From positions 13,020,001 to 13,084,000 of the forward strand of contig CATNEN010000038.1 of the NCBI GenBank assembly GCA_950097015.1: DNA of 64,000 nucleotides, written 5' to 3'. Positions 1 through 12,841 of this stretch are shown here, in pieces. Within the stretch, counting starts at the first letter, position 1. Every line of letters begins with the position of its first letter. This DNA comes from Macrostomum hystrix (lineage: Eukaryota; Animalia; Platyhelminthes). Made by a program: the position numbers and the translations under genes. The notes under the pieces were generated by a model. It was not told the DNA's origin, made no database searches, and saw nothing but the letters and a program-made list of their open reading frames with translations.

Positions 1-393
1 GACAGAGATAGTGTTGTCAAGTGATCTAGTGCGAATGGACATGAATGCGATTCAGCCATAGGTTTGTACTAATTTAATTACTCAGCTTTGGAGAATACAA
101 TGCACAGGCATGCAATCATGAAACGAGCGTGATAAAGGATTTACTATCAAAGGTTTTCATTCAATTGCTGATTGAATTAGCTTGCAATCTCTGCTAGTAT
201 CCTGTTATCGCGTTGGCATTGACAACAGAAGATCCAACAAAAGTATTTTAGAACAAAGCTAGGATTTATAATTGAAGTCATCGTTGCATGCAATAACTTA
301 GGCCAGCTAGGTGGTGCTTGTAGTGCTCCAGTTTTTGTGAAAGATCTGCTCTGCCCTGCAGACCATCGATATCAGCTGCTGCCTCAGTAAAAA

Positions 394-3010
394 ATGGAGT
401 CGGACAATACAAGAATTGCCATCACAGTGTTTCCACTGCCATTCGCTGACAAACCCAGCTTCCTACAGGGCTTGGCGCTTCTGCTGTCTGTCGGTCTGTT
501 GGCCGTCACCTCCTACCAGGTGACGCTGAGCGTAAACGACTACCTCTCGAATCCGACCGTGGTCACGATCAAGAACTCAGAAAGTGTCACTTTTCCTGAG
601 CTGCTGTTGTGCAACAATGTTCCTCTGAGCTTCACGTCAGCGGCCACTGGTATGGGCTTTTTCAAACAGTTTTTGCTAGAGTTTATCGGTGTTTACAACA
701 CAGTGCAGGGCCCTCGAAAGGGCTCAGGTCCCATCGACATCGAGGCCTTGGTGCATACCATTGGCAGAGACAAGTTCAAGCAGTACCTGAGCATCTGGCC
801 CGAGACGCTTGTCTTCAGCTGCCGCTTCAGCGACGGCACTGATTGCAGCGGACGGGAGTTCTTCGAGCAGGTGGACCACCCGACATACCTGAACTGCTAT
901 CGCTTTCTGCCAAATCGCAGATTCACGGATGTCACCTTCATTCTGTTCAGCGAGAGCCTTATCGGATCGACTGACTTGTCCCCATTGTTTCTGAACGAGA
1001 AGTCCTTCCCGCTGTCGGCCATCACCATGGATAGTAGTCTGGAGTACGACCGCTCATCTGGTGCAGTTCTCTTCATGAAGCACCCCCGTAAGTTGTATTT
1101 CGATATTACTATATACTCTCACATTAGACCATTATACATTATACATCACGCTGAAAATTTGCCTTCGAATGGTAATTAAGTCGGCTGAAAATCCAACCAG
1201 CAGTTTTTTATTTGGCTGGGATTTACAAACCCACAAACACATCTTCAATATGAGTACTAAGGTATATAGGAAGAAAATACAAGAAGATAGTAAAAAAATT
1301 TTATATTTGTTTATGTAATACACTCGTACTTCTAAATAATTCAAAATAAATCTTAAAGCCCCACTTTTACAACCGCTTTGTTCATACTCGTATATGTTTC
1401 AAGGACTACTAACGCTAACTTCTAGTGAAACTTAAGAAAATGGACTGAACAAAAATCACCTGTTTTATAAGAGGTAAAACTGTCTGATTTATTCGAATAA
1501 CGATATCAGGCTTACGAGCTTACAACACTAGTCCTACTTAAAGTAGACATACTTATAGTCAACGCGCAATAAAATGGACACACCTAACAAAAAATTCTTT
1601 TTTTTGCCAGATGCTTAACAACAGATAATTTAACTTCGCAGAATACTACATGCACCCAGTATTCCGCGTGATGATTAGCACCGGTCAGAGCAGTGTGGTC
1701 GGCTTCACTGAACAGCACCGGTTAGCTATCAACAAGGCTGATGACCCGTGCCTGGACTCACCGCAGAATGCCAGTTATAATATATTCCAGCAGGTAGTTG
1801 GCGGCACAAACCAGAGCAACAGCGGCTACAAGCTGGTGTGGCAGAACTTCACCAGCCTCAAGCAGGACTGCGTGATGAGTGCCGTTGCTGACTACCTGGA
1901 GGCAACTTGCGGCTGTCGCGACCCAAATTCGCCGGTGAGATCACTTTGACATTCGATTTGATCTGCAGCCGACTGTGGAAAACAGGCCTGTATTGCAATA
2001 TTGAAGTCACAATTAGCTTCTTAAGATAAAGCTTAAGAATTTGTCTAAATGAATCATATTAAAAAGTTTATAGTTTCCTACAAATAGGAAATTGTCATAT
2101 TTTCCCGAAACTATATGTTTTATGCAAGATTTCATAATAAATTAAACAAAAGAAAATAAGGGTTAGTTATACGTTGCTGAACGCTATTATGCAGATTGAC
2201 AGCAAGCGAGCCAGCGTTCCGAACTGTCGCGACGTTAAACAGCCGAACTACACATTCACCAGCGCCTGCTTCAACCAAGTGAAGAACTCTGTGTTGCGCA
2301 ACGCATCAACCAGCAATTGTTACAGCCCATGTGAGAACCGCTTCTATTCCACCCAGGTGACTGGGACGAAATGGCCTCTGGAGAGCAATATCAAGGCCAT
2401 GGTGGACCAGATGATTCGACCGAGGCTGCTCCAGCTCGAGTCATTGTATAGCAGAAAAATGTACGGCCTGAGGTACATTCAGCAGGTTGGCGATCAGCTG
2501 AACGACGCCTCGCTACAGATAAATGGTTCGGGCAACTCCAGCGTACCCGTAGGAGCCAGCACTCCTGGCGGTGACTTGAACTTGAACTTTGACCCCTCGG
2601 TGTTCGATAGCGTGCAACCAGACACAAACTCCACCCGATTGAGCCTGCTGGACAAGCTAAGCAGCGTAGTCGCCTCCAACTTTGTGAAGGTGGTCGTTCG
2701 TGCGGACTCAGACACCGTCCAGTCAGTGCTGGAGACATATAAGTACGCTTTAAGCAACGTCATGAGCGAGATCGGCGGCTTGCTTGGCTTGTACTTGGGC
2801 TGGAGCGCACTGACCTTCATTGATCTTCTGCAACTGCTGCACCTGATGAGCAGATTCCTGGCCTACCGACTAGCTAGCAGAGGCAAGGACGGGCAACAGA
2901 AGCTGGAGGAGGAGTCCGAGGCGGTGGAAGTGCCCACTATTACTGAAGGTAAAAAGCGGATTCGAGTGCAGCCCGCAGCTGACAAAAGCGAAGTCCGAAC
3001 GGCTTGGTAA
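394..3010 (+). CDS. DEG/ENaC/ASIC-family sodium channel subunit, 3 exons (394-1087, 1642-1934, 2195-3010)
   Basis: TM1 followed by YLSNPT and FPELLLCN (the FPxxTxCN motif); SCRF/HPTYLNCYRF; Cys-rich thumb (CGC, CYSPCEN.FY); TM2 SEIGGLLGLYLGWSALTFID. GT-AG boundaries keep the frame. Confidence 0.93.
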
Positions 3011-3068
3011 AAGTGCCCCCGCGCAATTGAATTATTTTGAATTATTTTGCGAGAGTACAAGGCAGTGT

Positions 3069-4540
3069 TGAATTCGAATTGGCACATGATATGTCAGACA
3101 AATGAATTTTTGGGGGGCCATTTCAGACTTTTTTTTCGCTTTTTTCACATTCGGAATAAAGTTCCACTCTTCAGGCTCTGATCAAGACACTCATCACGTG
3201 TTAGAGATGAAAATATATTTAAGATCAACATTCAGCTTGTATGCGCACTATAGAATCAGTTCTGATTAGAACAAATTGTTTCAGCAAAATGGAAACTAAT
3301 AAATATCGAAGCAATAATTGATTCGACTGAATGCGTCTATAATATATGATTTTAACCTAATAAGTTTGATTGCTAATTACTTTGCTAGGTTTTTATGCAA
3401 TTAAGTTTATCAGTTAATTTATTTCTTGCAGTTTATTAACTCGTGTTGTGTTTTCGCATGTTGTCTTTAAGACCGGAAATTTCGAGCCTTTTAAAATTAC
3501 ACTCGCATTTGTGCCCAGAGAACTGTAGTAAATATATAGCACATCATTTTACATTGTTAATGTGTGTGCCTGAAATACCCCTTAGCTCGCCAAGTAACGC
3601 GCTAGCTACCACAGCTCCAGGCGAACTACTTTTACTTGTTACAATATACCCTTTTGCGTTACTCACGTTTCACTAGCGACTCGCTATATAAACCCACTTT
3701 TTTAAAACTCGTTCGCCACAAATGGAAAACAACATTTCTAATAGATCTTGATGTAACTCTTATTCGCCACTAAGTGTTTCAAGCAGCTTTGTTACAATTA
3801 TAACTTGGTCTGGTCGTTCAAAAAATCAACTTCGGCTTATAACGGGTTTATGAGCGGTTTATAAGCCCCTACGATAAAAGATTTATACGAAAGCTTTCGC
3901 CGTTTTAAAATTCTGGTAGAACACAACTGTATACATATAAAACCTATTTTTTATCAATTTCTTTTGCAAGATAAATTTTCTGGGCCAAGCAAAATGTGTA
4001 TATTTTAACGACAAATCATACTTTCTTTTCGCCAATGACCAAAACAGTAGTCGATAGTTTCGCCGTTTTAAAAATATGAAAAGCGAGGCTTAATTGATGG
4101 ATTTTTATTGCATTCACTTTTTCGCCAGCTTTTATTATCATATTTCTGAACATTTTGTAATGTAGGCAATAACGAGCTTCATCGGCAGCAATTTGTTTTT
4201 AAAAGTCCGGAAAGACTAAAGATAAATCTGTTAAAATCAGCTGTACATTTTTCATTTAACTTGATTACAAATTAATTTCTGCGCATTTAAATTATAAAAC
4301 AAATAATTTTCTTGCATTCTTGTATAACACTTGTTTTAGTTTATTGTGTTGCCATGACGCAAAGCATGACCACGATTTCCAGTTTGGTTTGACTTGAAGA
4401 TAAAGATTTATAATACATAATTGCCTGAATTATTTAGTTCGTTTTAATTATTATTTTCTCCTATGTATGCATGTACTAAACTGGATGTAATGAAATATAA
4501 ATGTTATTAAACTGATAATGTCACATGCTAACTGTGAAAG
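3069..4540. repeat. Left TIR, outer segment, of the foldback element
   Basis: TGAATTCGAATTGGCACATG... mirrors ...CATGTGCCAATTCGAATTCA ending at 21920; identical shadow ORFs at 3443(+) and 21313(-). Confidence 0.97.
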
Positions 4541-7500
4541 TCTAGTGGTGTGTTAATAAATGAGGCGTAAAGGCGGCGGCTCGTTTGTAGTGTTAAGGTT
4601 GTGCTTGAAGTAGTAAAAAGACGGTTAAACTTTAGGCTGGGTACCTCCTGTATATTTATAGTTATTAACGGCTTTCTGGAAAGTTCTTTACAACAATAGC
4701 AAATAAAATATAATATAATATAACTAATTTCGTACAGACTAGGGTTGATACAAACAAAGTAAATGCGCATGCTTTAAATAATTTATCTATATAATATCAA
4801 TAAATAGGAATACAATCAATTCCTAAAGAAAGCACCCGTGTTGACAGCAAGGACCACTAGAAGAAGAAGGACGGGACACTTCGTTTCTTAGAAAATTTAT
4901 TAAAGGCTGATTTTTACGAAAAAAATACACTAGCGAGATAGGAACTTTTCACTTTTTTCACCTTAAAACGTTGATAACTTTTTATTGGAAGCAGATACAA
5001 AGCTCTTCTTTTGATATAACTTACAAAATATGTTGCTTCGACGAATTTTATGAAGATTATTTCATGAATAATTGATCTTCATATTTTTTTAGTTACTATA
5101 TCATGCAGCAATTATAGTATGAAGCTAACTAGTGACTAACTTGAATTTTACAATCTCTGTTTAATCGAATGCATCTATTTATTAGCAATATATGATTAAA
5201 AAATAGTTGGTTATAATTGTATGCCCAACTCACTGCTTCTTTATTTTAGTTTTATACTTTCTATATAAAATAAATTTAAATATATAGCTAGGCCTACCTA
5301 TATTACATATAGGGCCTAGCCTAGGCCTACTAGCTATGCCTAGACCTAGTTATATTTTTATCAATAATCAAGACAGTATCAATCTTGTTAAGAATTGACA
5401 GTTTTTATATTTAATGGAATGTGTGAATCTAAGCAAATGATTTAATTTTAAACCAAGCTTGTTCTCTCTTGCTTTTAGACTTTAGCTTATTTTAGCTATA
5501 TTGACTTTATCTTTACATTAGCTAGTTTTTCCAGTATTTATTAAACAATGATAGTTATTTGCTCTGATTTTATCAAGATGTTCTTATTTTTATTTTCTAT
5601 TTTTCTATGTAAACAATGGTATCGTTAACTGAAGGGTTTTTTAATTTGTAGTGAAATTGTTTCTTTCCTATTCATATTATTTTTTTATTTGGGTTCAGGG
5701 TTTGTATATGGCTAGCTATTATGTCATGAACTCATCCAATATTCTATTTTAGCCATCTATTTGCCTATCTACTATAATTTTACATTTCTTCTTTTTTAAC
5801 AAGTATAGTATTTTTATGGCTAATATTAGCTTGACTTGGCTGTTTTGATGAATTTGATTTTCATTAAATTAATCACTTTTATTTTCAATTGAAATTAACA
5901 GTCCAGAAGTTGTAAGTAGGCCTATTATTTTTTGTCTATTGGGGGAATATTATTGCCTATAAATATAAGTAATAGCACTTCTGTAGTAGTTCTATATATT
6001 TTGCATTATAGCTAGTAGTAATTTCATTTCTTGCGCTATAATATTTTCTTGCGATATATATATTATATATAGGTACATATTATAAATATTTTTTTTATTT
6101 TAGTAAATTCGCGCTATTAAAACAAAGTTTATAAATGCTATATAAGCAGGGAGTTTTTGTGGTAATAATACAACTCGCCAGTGAGCCAAGAAAGGCAATA
6201 TCTGAGTAAAAAGATCTTTTTGAATAAAGCAAAACGTGTTGTGTTAGTTATTGAGGAAACACATTTAGTGCGAAAGCGAGGATTGAGGTTGTGACCCTCT
6301 GATCCTGGAGAAACGCCCAGCAGAGACTGGAGAATAAGAGACCAGTGCCTTAGAGGGATAAACCGCTCGTGCCAGTGCAGAAGCGCTACCTAGGAGAATC
6401 GCACAACGTAAGAGTTGTGGTGTTAAAACGGCCCTTTTCAGGGCCACCGAGTTAAAGACATACGGAGAACGTGAACAGTAGAGAAGGAGATAAAAGAATA
6501 GAAGAGGCCAAAAGATACGCTACCAAGAAAGAGAGAAAAGTAGAGAGAGAAGCCCTGTTACAACTTTGGTGGCAGCGGAAAGGATTAGAGAAACAGCCTC
6601 AATCGAGAATAGAGAGGTTATTAAGAAGAACGAAGAATTCATAGAGATGTCGATTATTATGCTGATAATAGCGGTGCTGATGAATCAGCAGCCAGGTATC
6701 CCTCCACTATTTGGAAGTGGTGGAACACAGTCAATGTTCGGAAATAATGGAAAGCAGACAGTGCCTGGAAGCCAGGAAGAAAAGAAAAAGCCTATTGGAA
6801 GAGGCATGATTTCGATGCAGAATAAGCAAGATATGGAGTACATCACAGAGAGGAATGTACATAAGTTTAGCGGATGCTTCTTCTGTGCTAAACCAGGACC
6901 TGTGAGGCCAGATGGGCACAAGTGTCGCATCACCTTGAACACCCTGAAGCCCAACATGCCGAAGTAAGATAATAGAGAAGGCACGGTACACCAGAGAAGT
7001 GTACCAAGTGTGTAAATTTGTGTAAATATGTGTTGTCTATAGTTGTTACAGTTGTCACAAGCCGCTAAAGAAAATCATAAAAAATAGAGAGTCAAGGAAA
7101 TAATAAATAAGCACACGGCCGTAGAAATTATGTGCTCCAATACCTACTCAGTAGAAAAAAGAGTAGTGTGCAAAGAAAATGTAGAACTTATGTTAAAGGC
7201 ATATAATGTTATAAGAAAGAATCTGTCTATAGGAGAAAGTGTTATAAGTCGGGCATGTGAAATTAATTATTAAGAAATCTCTGAATGAATTGTTAGTAAT
7301 TGGCTTGCTCCAATGAAGTACAGCAATTCTGAAGGGGAAGAGCAATGTAACGTCACAATTTAACGAAGAGTGTGAAGAAATGAGGAGTGATTTCTCTCTG
7401 AAAGAGTTATTAGTAGCTGACATGTTTCAGTGAATTAAGGTAACTCAGAAGGGGAGGTGAAGTTTTCGGAGTGTTCCTGGATTGAAGTCCAGAAGCCCAG

Positions 7501-8629
7501 AGAGTAGTAGACTCTGGGAAAGTCATTGACAAGTTGTGAAGTCATGACTAAGTGATCAGTTCCAAAAGGCTGAGAAGAAGGCGCAGTGCTGATCTGAGGG
7601 ATCAGATGTAGAGCCAGTGTTGTGGAATTTTGTAGAGGCACAAAGGTTGCCTGAAGTGGCCTACCTGAAGAAAGACACACTGTGGCCTGATGATCAGATG
7701 AGGACTGTGTTGTGATGTGAATAGGCATGATTGTGGCCTGAAGTAAGAAGTGAAGAGGCACAGGAGATTGCCTGAAGAGGTCTATCTGAATAAGGGCGCT
7801 GTTATGGCCTGAAGTATATTTAAGAAGAGGCAAATGATGCCTAGAGAAATGAGAGGAGACTCGTGTGAAATTGGAGAAGGCACGTGGCCTAAAGATAATC
7901 AAATAAGAAATTATGTAAACAAAGTAATAGATTAGAGAAGGCAGATGAGTCAACATGAATAAATTAGGAAATTGGATATTGCCCGCATGTCAGTTAATTT
8001 AAGTGACAGATGGTCGATAAGTAAATATTAATAAGCACCTTCCTAGTTGTGAGAATTGATTAAAAAGAGTGAGGTGATGAAGAAGAATATGTGACAACTG
8101 TGCGACATATTATGTAAATAGTTGTGTAAACACGCCTTTAACGTTGTGAAATTAGTATTAAATGTTGTCTTTGAATATTTCTGTTGTATAAACTGAAAGA
8201 AAATAAGTTATGCGTGCTACTGTGAGTAAACGTGGGAGCACACTTAAGCTCAATATCCTCGCCATTAGAAAGGGTGAGAGTGATGACGTAACCACTTTCC
8301 CATAAGGATCAGTGCTAATTAGTTTCTAATTGCGGATTAAAAGCATTAAAAAGCGATTATCTCATGAAATAATGAAGCTAGAAAGATGATTCAAAATCAG
8401 TAATAGTCTACAAAAAGAGATCTTTAAAAAGACACCAACCTTGTTAAGAAAGGTTGAGAATTACTCATAAAATCGTAAGCTACAAAATCAAGGCTAAAAG
8501 TCAAGTGTCAAAAGTGAGAGGTGGGGCGCGAAAGACCTTTGAATAGGTCCAGTTTTTGGCCCCGGCGAGTATAAATAACGGATTAATTGGACCCCTGGGG
8601 AGACATGTGTTAGCAAACAACGAAAGAGA

Positions 8630-9280
8630 ATGAATCACGGCGAGGAAGAAAACCAGCAGGAGCCTGATGAGATTGAAGCCTTTTTAAGGGCTATTCAAGA
8701 AGACTACGATTTTCTTGAAGATGAGAATATGCCTGCCGAGGCTCCCGAGAGGCAGCCCACAAGACCGAGACTGCCTTCCGGCGGCAACAGAAGCAGCAGT
8801 AGCGGCGGTGGCAGCGGCAGTAGCGGCGGTGGCAGCAGCAGTAGCGGCGGCGGCGGCAGCAGCAGCGGCGACAGGGGCAGCAGTGGCGGCGGCGGCAATA
8901 GAGGCGGCAGCGACGGCGGCGGCGGCAGTAGCAGCAGCAGCGGCGGCGACGGCAGCGGCAGCGGCAATGTCAGCGGAGGAAAAAGGGTGCGCCTAGACAT
9001 GGAGGCGCGACCTGTGCCCGGTAACACAGCCACAGCCGCCAAAAGCCGCAAACAGCTGCTATCCGAGCAAGCGGCTACGTTAGTAACGACAGCTGTGCGT
9101 GCCGACGGCTTGTCCTGCAGTCGGCAGTTATTGGCTCAGCCAGATCTGCGAAGGACGAACTCCATGGCGATCCTACAGGACAGCTACAGCACAGGCAACC
9201 TCAATGGCCACACAGTGAATATGCAGCACCTTGATGGACACCTTGTCCAGACACACGCTTTGCTGCCCGGCTTCTTCTAG
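8630..9280 (+). other. Low-complexity ORF (acidic N-terminus, Gly/Ser tract) inside the P-like element; 3' end runs into an antisense LINE fragment
   Basis: ATG ORF of 216 aa, TATAAATA ~60 bp upstream, (GGC/AGC)n tract at ~8780-8965. Function unknown. Confidence 0.35.
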
Positions 9281-9510
9281 GCAAGCATCACGACTTCAGC
9301 CATGGCGAATGGTGCAATGTTAAAACTGTCCATTGACCGCAACTGCGTCTCTGGTGGCAGTGTTAGGATGTTGGGCAGTGGTGGCGGCGCATTGACTATG
9401 GTGGCAAAGAACTCGCGTAGCTTGTTACTGTGCTCATCCACAGTGCCGCCTGCCAGATTCAGTTGGATGCACCACTTTTGCCCTGTCAGAGCATTAATGG
9501 CAGACTAGGC
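9170..9510 (-). mobile_element. Degenerate LINE (RTE-like) fragment, pre-RT linker
   Basis: Minus strand reads INALTG...LREFFATIVNAPPP...FNIAPFAMAEVV..KKPGSKA/GLDKV with a stop and a frameshift; similar to the 29430 ORF (VNALTG...LNFAGDTAEQ). Confidence 0.7.
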
Positions 9511-10041
9511 CACATGCCATCTGGAATCATGCACCACAATGAAAAAGTAATTGTGACACAAAGGATAAAAGGACCACAGTTTTTTCCTTTTCTAAACAGA
9601 AAACTGAGTTTGAGGCATGGCACAAAGCTTTACCAATTTCAATAAAGGTAGATAAATCTTTGTTAATAAAAGAATTACATGAATTCAGGGGTGTTATTAA
9701 GATTTTTTATTGGGTGGCACCAATAGGGATTTAGGAGTGCACACAAATGGGAATTGGAGGGCTCTGTGAATCTGTGATGGGATTCAAAAGAAAGCCAAAT
9801 TTTAAAGAAAAAACCATTCAGGCCCCTAGACAATAACGCCATTGTTTACATTAAATAATAGAAAATAAAAATAATAACATCTTGATAAAATCAGAGCAAA
9901 TTGATAAAAATATAACTAGGTCTAGGCATAGCTAGTAGGCCTAGGCTAGGCCCTATATGTAATATTGTCCCAGGTCATTTCGGTGACAAGACATTTCGGT
10001 GACAGTCATTTCAGTGACAACTCAAGTCGTTTCGGTGACAG

Positions 10042-10255
10042 AATTGGTCAGTTTAATGACAACTATTCTTGCACCTGAATATGCTTAGAAAACAGCCTTC
10101 CATGTGAACTAATCATTATTATTCATCATTATTTAATAATACTTAATTGGTGTGCGTAGTTCACATGGAAGGCTGTTTTCTACGCACATGGAACTGGAAG
10201 GCTGTTTCCTAAGCATATTCAGGTGCAAGAATAGTTGTCATTAAACTGACCAATT
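10042..10255. repeat. Short foldback (about 60-bp inverted arms), preceded by tandem CATTTCGGTGACA repeats (9975-10041)
   Basis: AATTGGTCAGTTTAATGACAACTATTCTTGCACCTGAATATGCTTAG and its reverse complement ending at 10255. Confidence 0.9.
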
Positions 10256-12204
10256 TATTTTTGTTGTTGTTGTTATTTGTTATAACAAATGATTCTTCAA
10301 ATTCAAGGCAATTTTCACAATTGAGACACAAAAATAATATCTATATAATCCTAAATTATATAGACATGAAGTAATATCTTTGTCTACATTAATGTCTTTG
10401 TATGTCCATGAGGACAGTCAGAAGCTTGCTACCTTGCAATCACATGGTGATTAGACTGACTGGATGGGGTTGTCTAGCTGGTGACTACAGCACTTGGTTG
10501 AAAATGCAGTAAACATGAACAAGGTCCTTAGGCTCCAGGCTAGGCTCTCAAATAGGTAGCCCAGAAGCTCTACCAGGTTGTTCTCTGACTGGCTGGGGCT
10601 CCACCACAGGTAGGTAGAACTGGGGCAGTGGTGTTGGCACAAAGCAGAAAGGCATGGACTTTCTCTGCAATGGCAAAAAAGTAAAAAACACATACTAGAG
10701 CCACAATAGCAAGAACATTTTACAATTTCTTACTATAGTAAATATAATAAATAATATTACCAAAAATATTCTTACATTACACACTAATACATTAGTCTTA
10801 GCAGAATTAGCAGAATTAGTCTACCACTGAATGAGAGCCAGATAGCTTACCTGGGCCATATCAACCTTGAAAATCTTAATAGGCATAACAATAATAGCAA
10901 AAGCTCTGAGTACTAGTGTCAGTGCAAGCAAAACTTTATTATAGCTAAAATGTGATAAGGAACCAGTAACACTTTTTGTTTTATATTTTTTAAATCAATG
11001 TTTCAATGTAAAAAATTTAAAGCTTACAAACATAGACTGTGGAAGTGCTATTACTTATATTTATAGGCAATAATATTCCCCCAATAGACAAAAAATAATA
11101 GGCCTACTTACAACTTCTGGACTGTTAATTTCAATTGAAAATAAAAGTGATTAATTTAATGAAAATCAAATTCATCAAAACAGCCAAGTCAAGCTAATAT
11201 TAGCCATAAAAATACTATACTTGTTAAAAAAGAAGAAATGTAAAATTATAGTAGATAGGCAAATAGATGGCTAAAATAGAATATTGGATGAGTTCATGAC
11301 ATAATAGCTAGCCAGATACAAACCCTGAACCCAAATAAAAAAATAATATGAATAGGAAAGAAACAATTTCACTACAAATTAAAAAACCCTTCAGTTAACG
11401 ATACCATTGTTTACATAGAAAAATAGAAAATAAAAATAAGAACATCTTGATAAAATCAGAGCAAATAACTATCATTGTTTAATAAATACTGGAAAAACTA
11501 GCTAATGTAAAGATAAAGTCAATATAGCTAAAATAAGCTAAAGTCTAAAAGCAAGAGAGAACAAGCTTGGTTTAAAATTAAATCATTTGCTTAGATTCAC
11601 ACATTCCATTAAATATAAAAACTGTCAATTCTTAACAAGATTGATACTGTCTTGATTATTGATAAAAATATAACTAGGTCTAGGCATAGCTAGTAGGCCT
11701 AGGCTAGGCCCTATATGTAATATAGGTAGGCCTAGCTATATATTTAAATTTATTTTATATAGAAAGTATAAAACTAAAATAAAGAAGCAGTGAGTTGGGC
11801 ATACAATTATAACCAACTATTTTTTAATCATATATTGCTAATAAATAGATGCATTCGATTAAACAGAGATTGTAAAATTCAAGTTAGTCACTAGTTAGCT
11901 TCATACTATAATTGCTGCATGATATAGTAACTAAAAAAATATGAAGATCAATTATTCATGAAATAATCTTCATAAAATTCGTCGAAGCAACATATTTTGT
12001 AAGTTATATCAAAAGAAGAGCTTTGTATCTGCTTCCAATAAAAAGTTATCAACGTTTTAAGGTGAAAAAAGTGAAAAGTTCCTATCTCGCTAGAGTATTT
12101 TTCCGTAAAAATCAGCCTTTAATAAATTTTCTAAGAAACGAAGTGTCCCGTCCTTCTTCTTCTAGTGGTCCTTGGTTGACAGAGATAGGGTCTAAGAAAC
12201 GGTA

Positions 12205-12492
12205 ATCGAACATGCGCGACGGTCGCCTAAACAAACAATACCAAACAAACAAACAAACAAACAACAAACAATACAGAGTTAAACCATGTGTGTGTGTTAA
12301 ACCATACTAGACATAGTATGGGTTTAACTCTGTCTTGTCTGTTGACCTCATGCCAAGGAAGGCATAGTTTTTTCTTCATGTTATTAATTCATTAGTATAC
12401 ATTAAGTAGCCTTATTAATTTAAAAGAACATGTTCTCGGAACAAAGAACATGTTCGGAGTTGCCTATTAGGCGACCGTCGCGCATGTTCGAT
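12205..12492. mobile_element. MITE-like element with ~26-bp inverted repeats
   Basis: ATCGAACATGCGCGACGGTCGCCTAA / TTAGGCGACCGTCGCGCATGTTCGAT; no clear TSD. Confidence 0.65.
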
Positions 12493-12841
12493 GTAGCCTA
12501 AGCGTCGTCAACACGGCTGAAGAAAGTCAAAGAAAATTATAGAAATTTCTACGACGATACAATAACAATTTTACGATTTGCTACAAAAGCAGTTTTTCAA
12601 TTTAAAACGTACTAATACCTTATATCATGTCTATTATATGAATATCGTAATTCTAATAAGAATTGTTTGTTTGATTCCTTGATGATTCTTTATATAAATG
12701 TAGCCCTGTATTATAATTTAAATGGGCTTACTTATATTCGTAGGCCTAGTTGCAATTCTTGCACGGCAAAAAATTGTTGTATAATTGGCTAGTCTCGATT
12801 GCAGTAATAGTCCAGTAGGCCAATTAATAAGAAATGTGCAT

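Larger units (their letters stand above)
4848..12174. mobile_element. Non-autonomous long-TIR DNA element, P-superfamily-like (CAAGG termini, 8-bp TSD)
   Basis: TIRs 4848-5981 and 11042-12174 (~1.13 kb, few mismatches); perfect TSD GTTGACAG at 4840-4847 and 12175-12182. Superfamily is inferred from the termini and TSD length only. Confidence 0.85.

Noticed and set aside
3443-3676. Identical 77-aa ORFs at 3443(+) and 21313(-)
   Set aside because: Non-ATG chance ORF duplicated because it lies in the TIR.
8630-9508. Densovirus/parvovirus capsid or stop-codon readthrough gene
   Set aside because: No PLA2, jelly-roll or NS1 motifs seen; the downstream part is the antisense of a LINE.
4541-12585. 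Helitron or single insertion with an AAAG TSD
   Set aside because: Starts TC but lacks a CTRR end and an A|T site; AAAG fits microhomology of a deletion in the right arm equally well.
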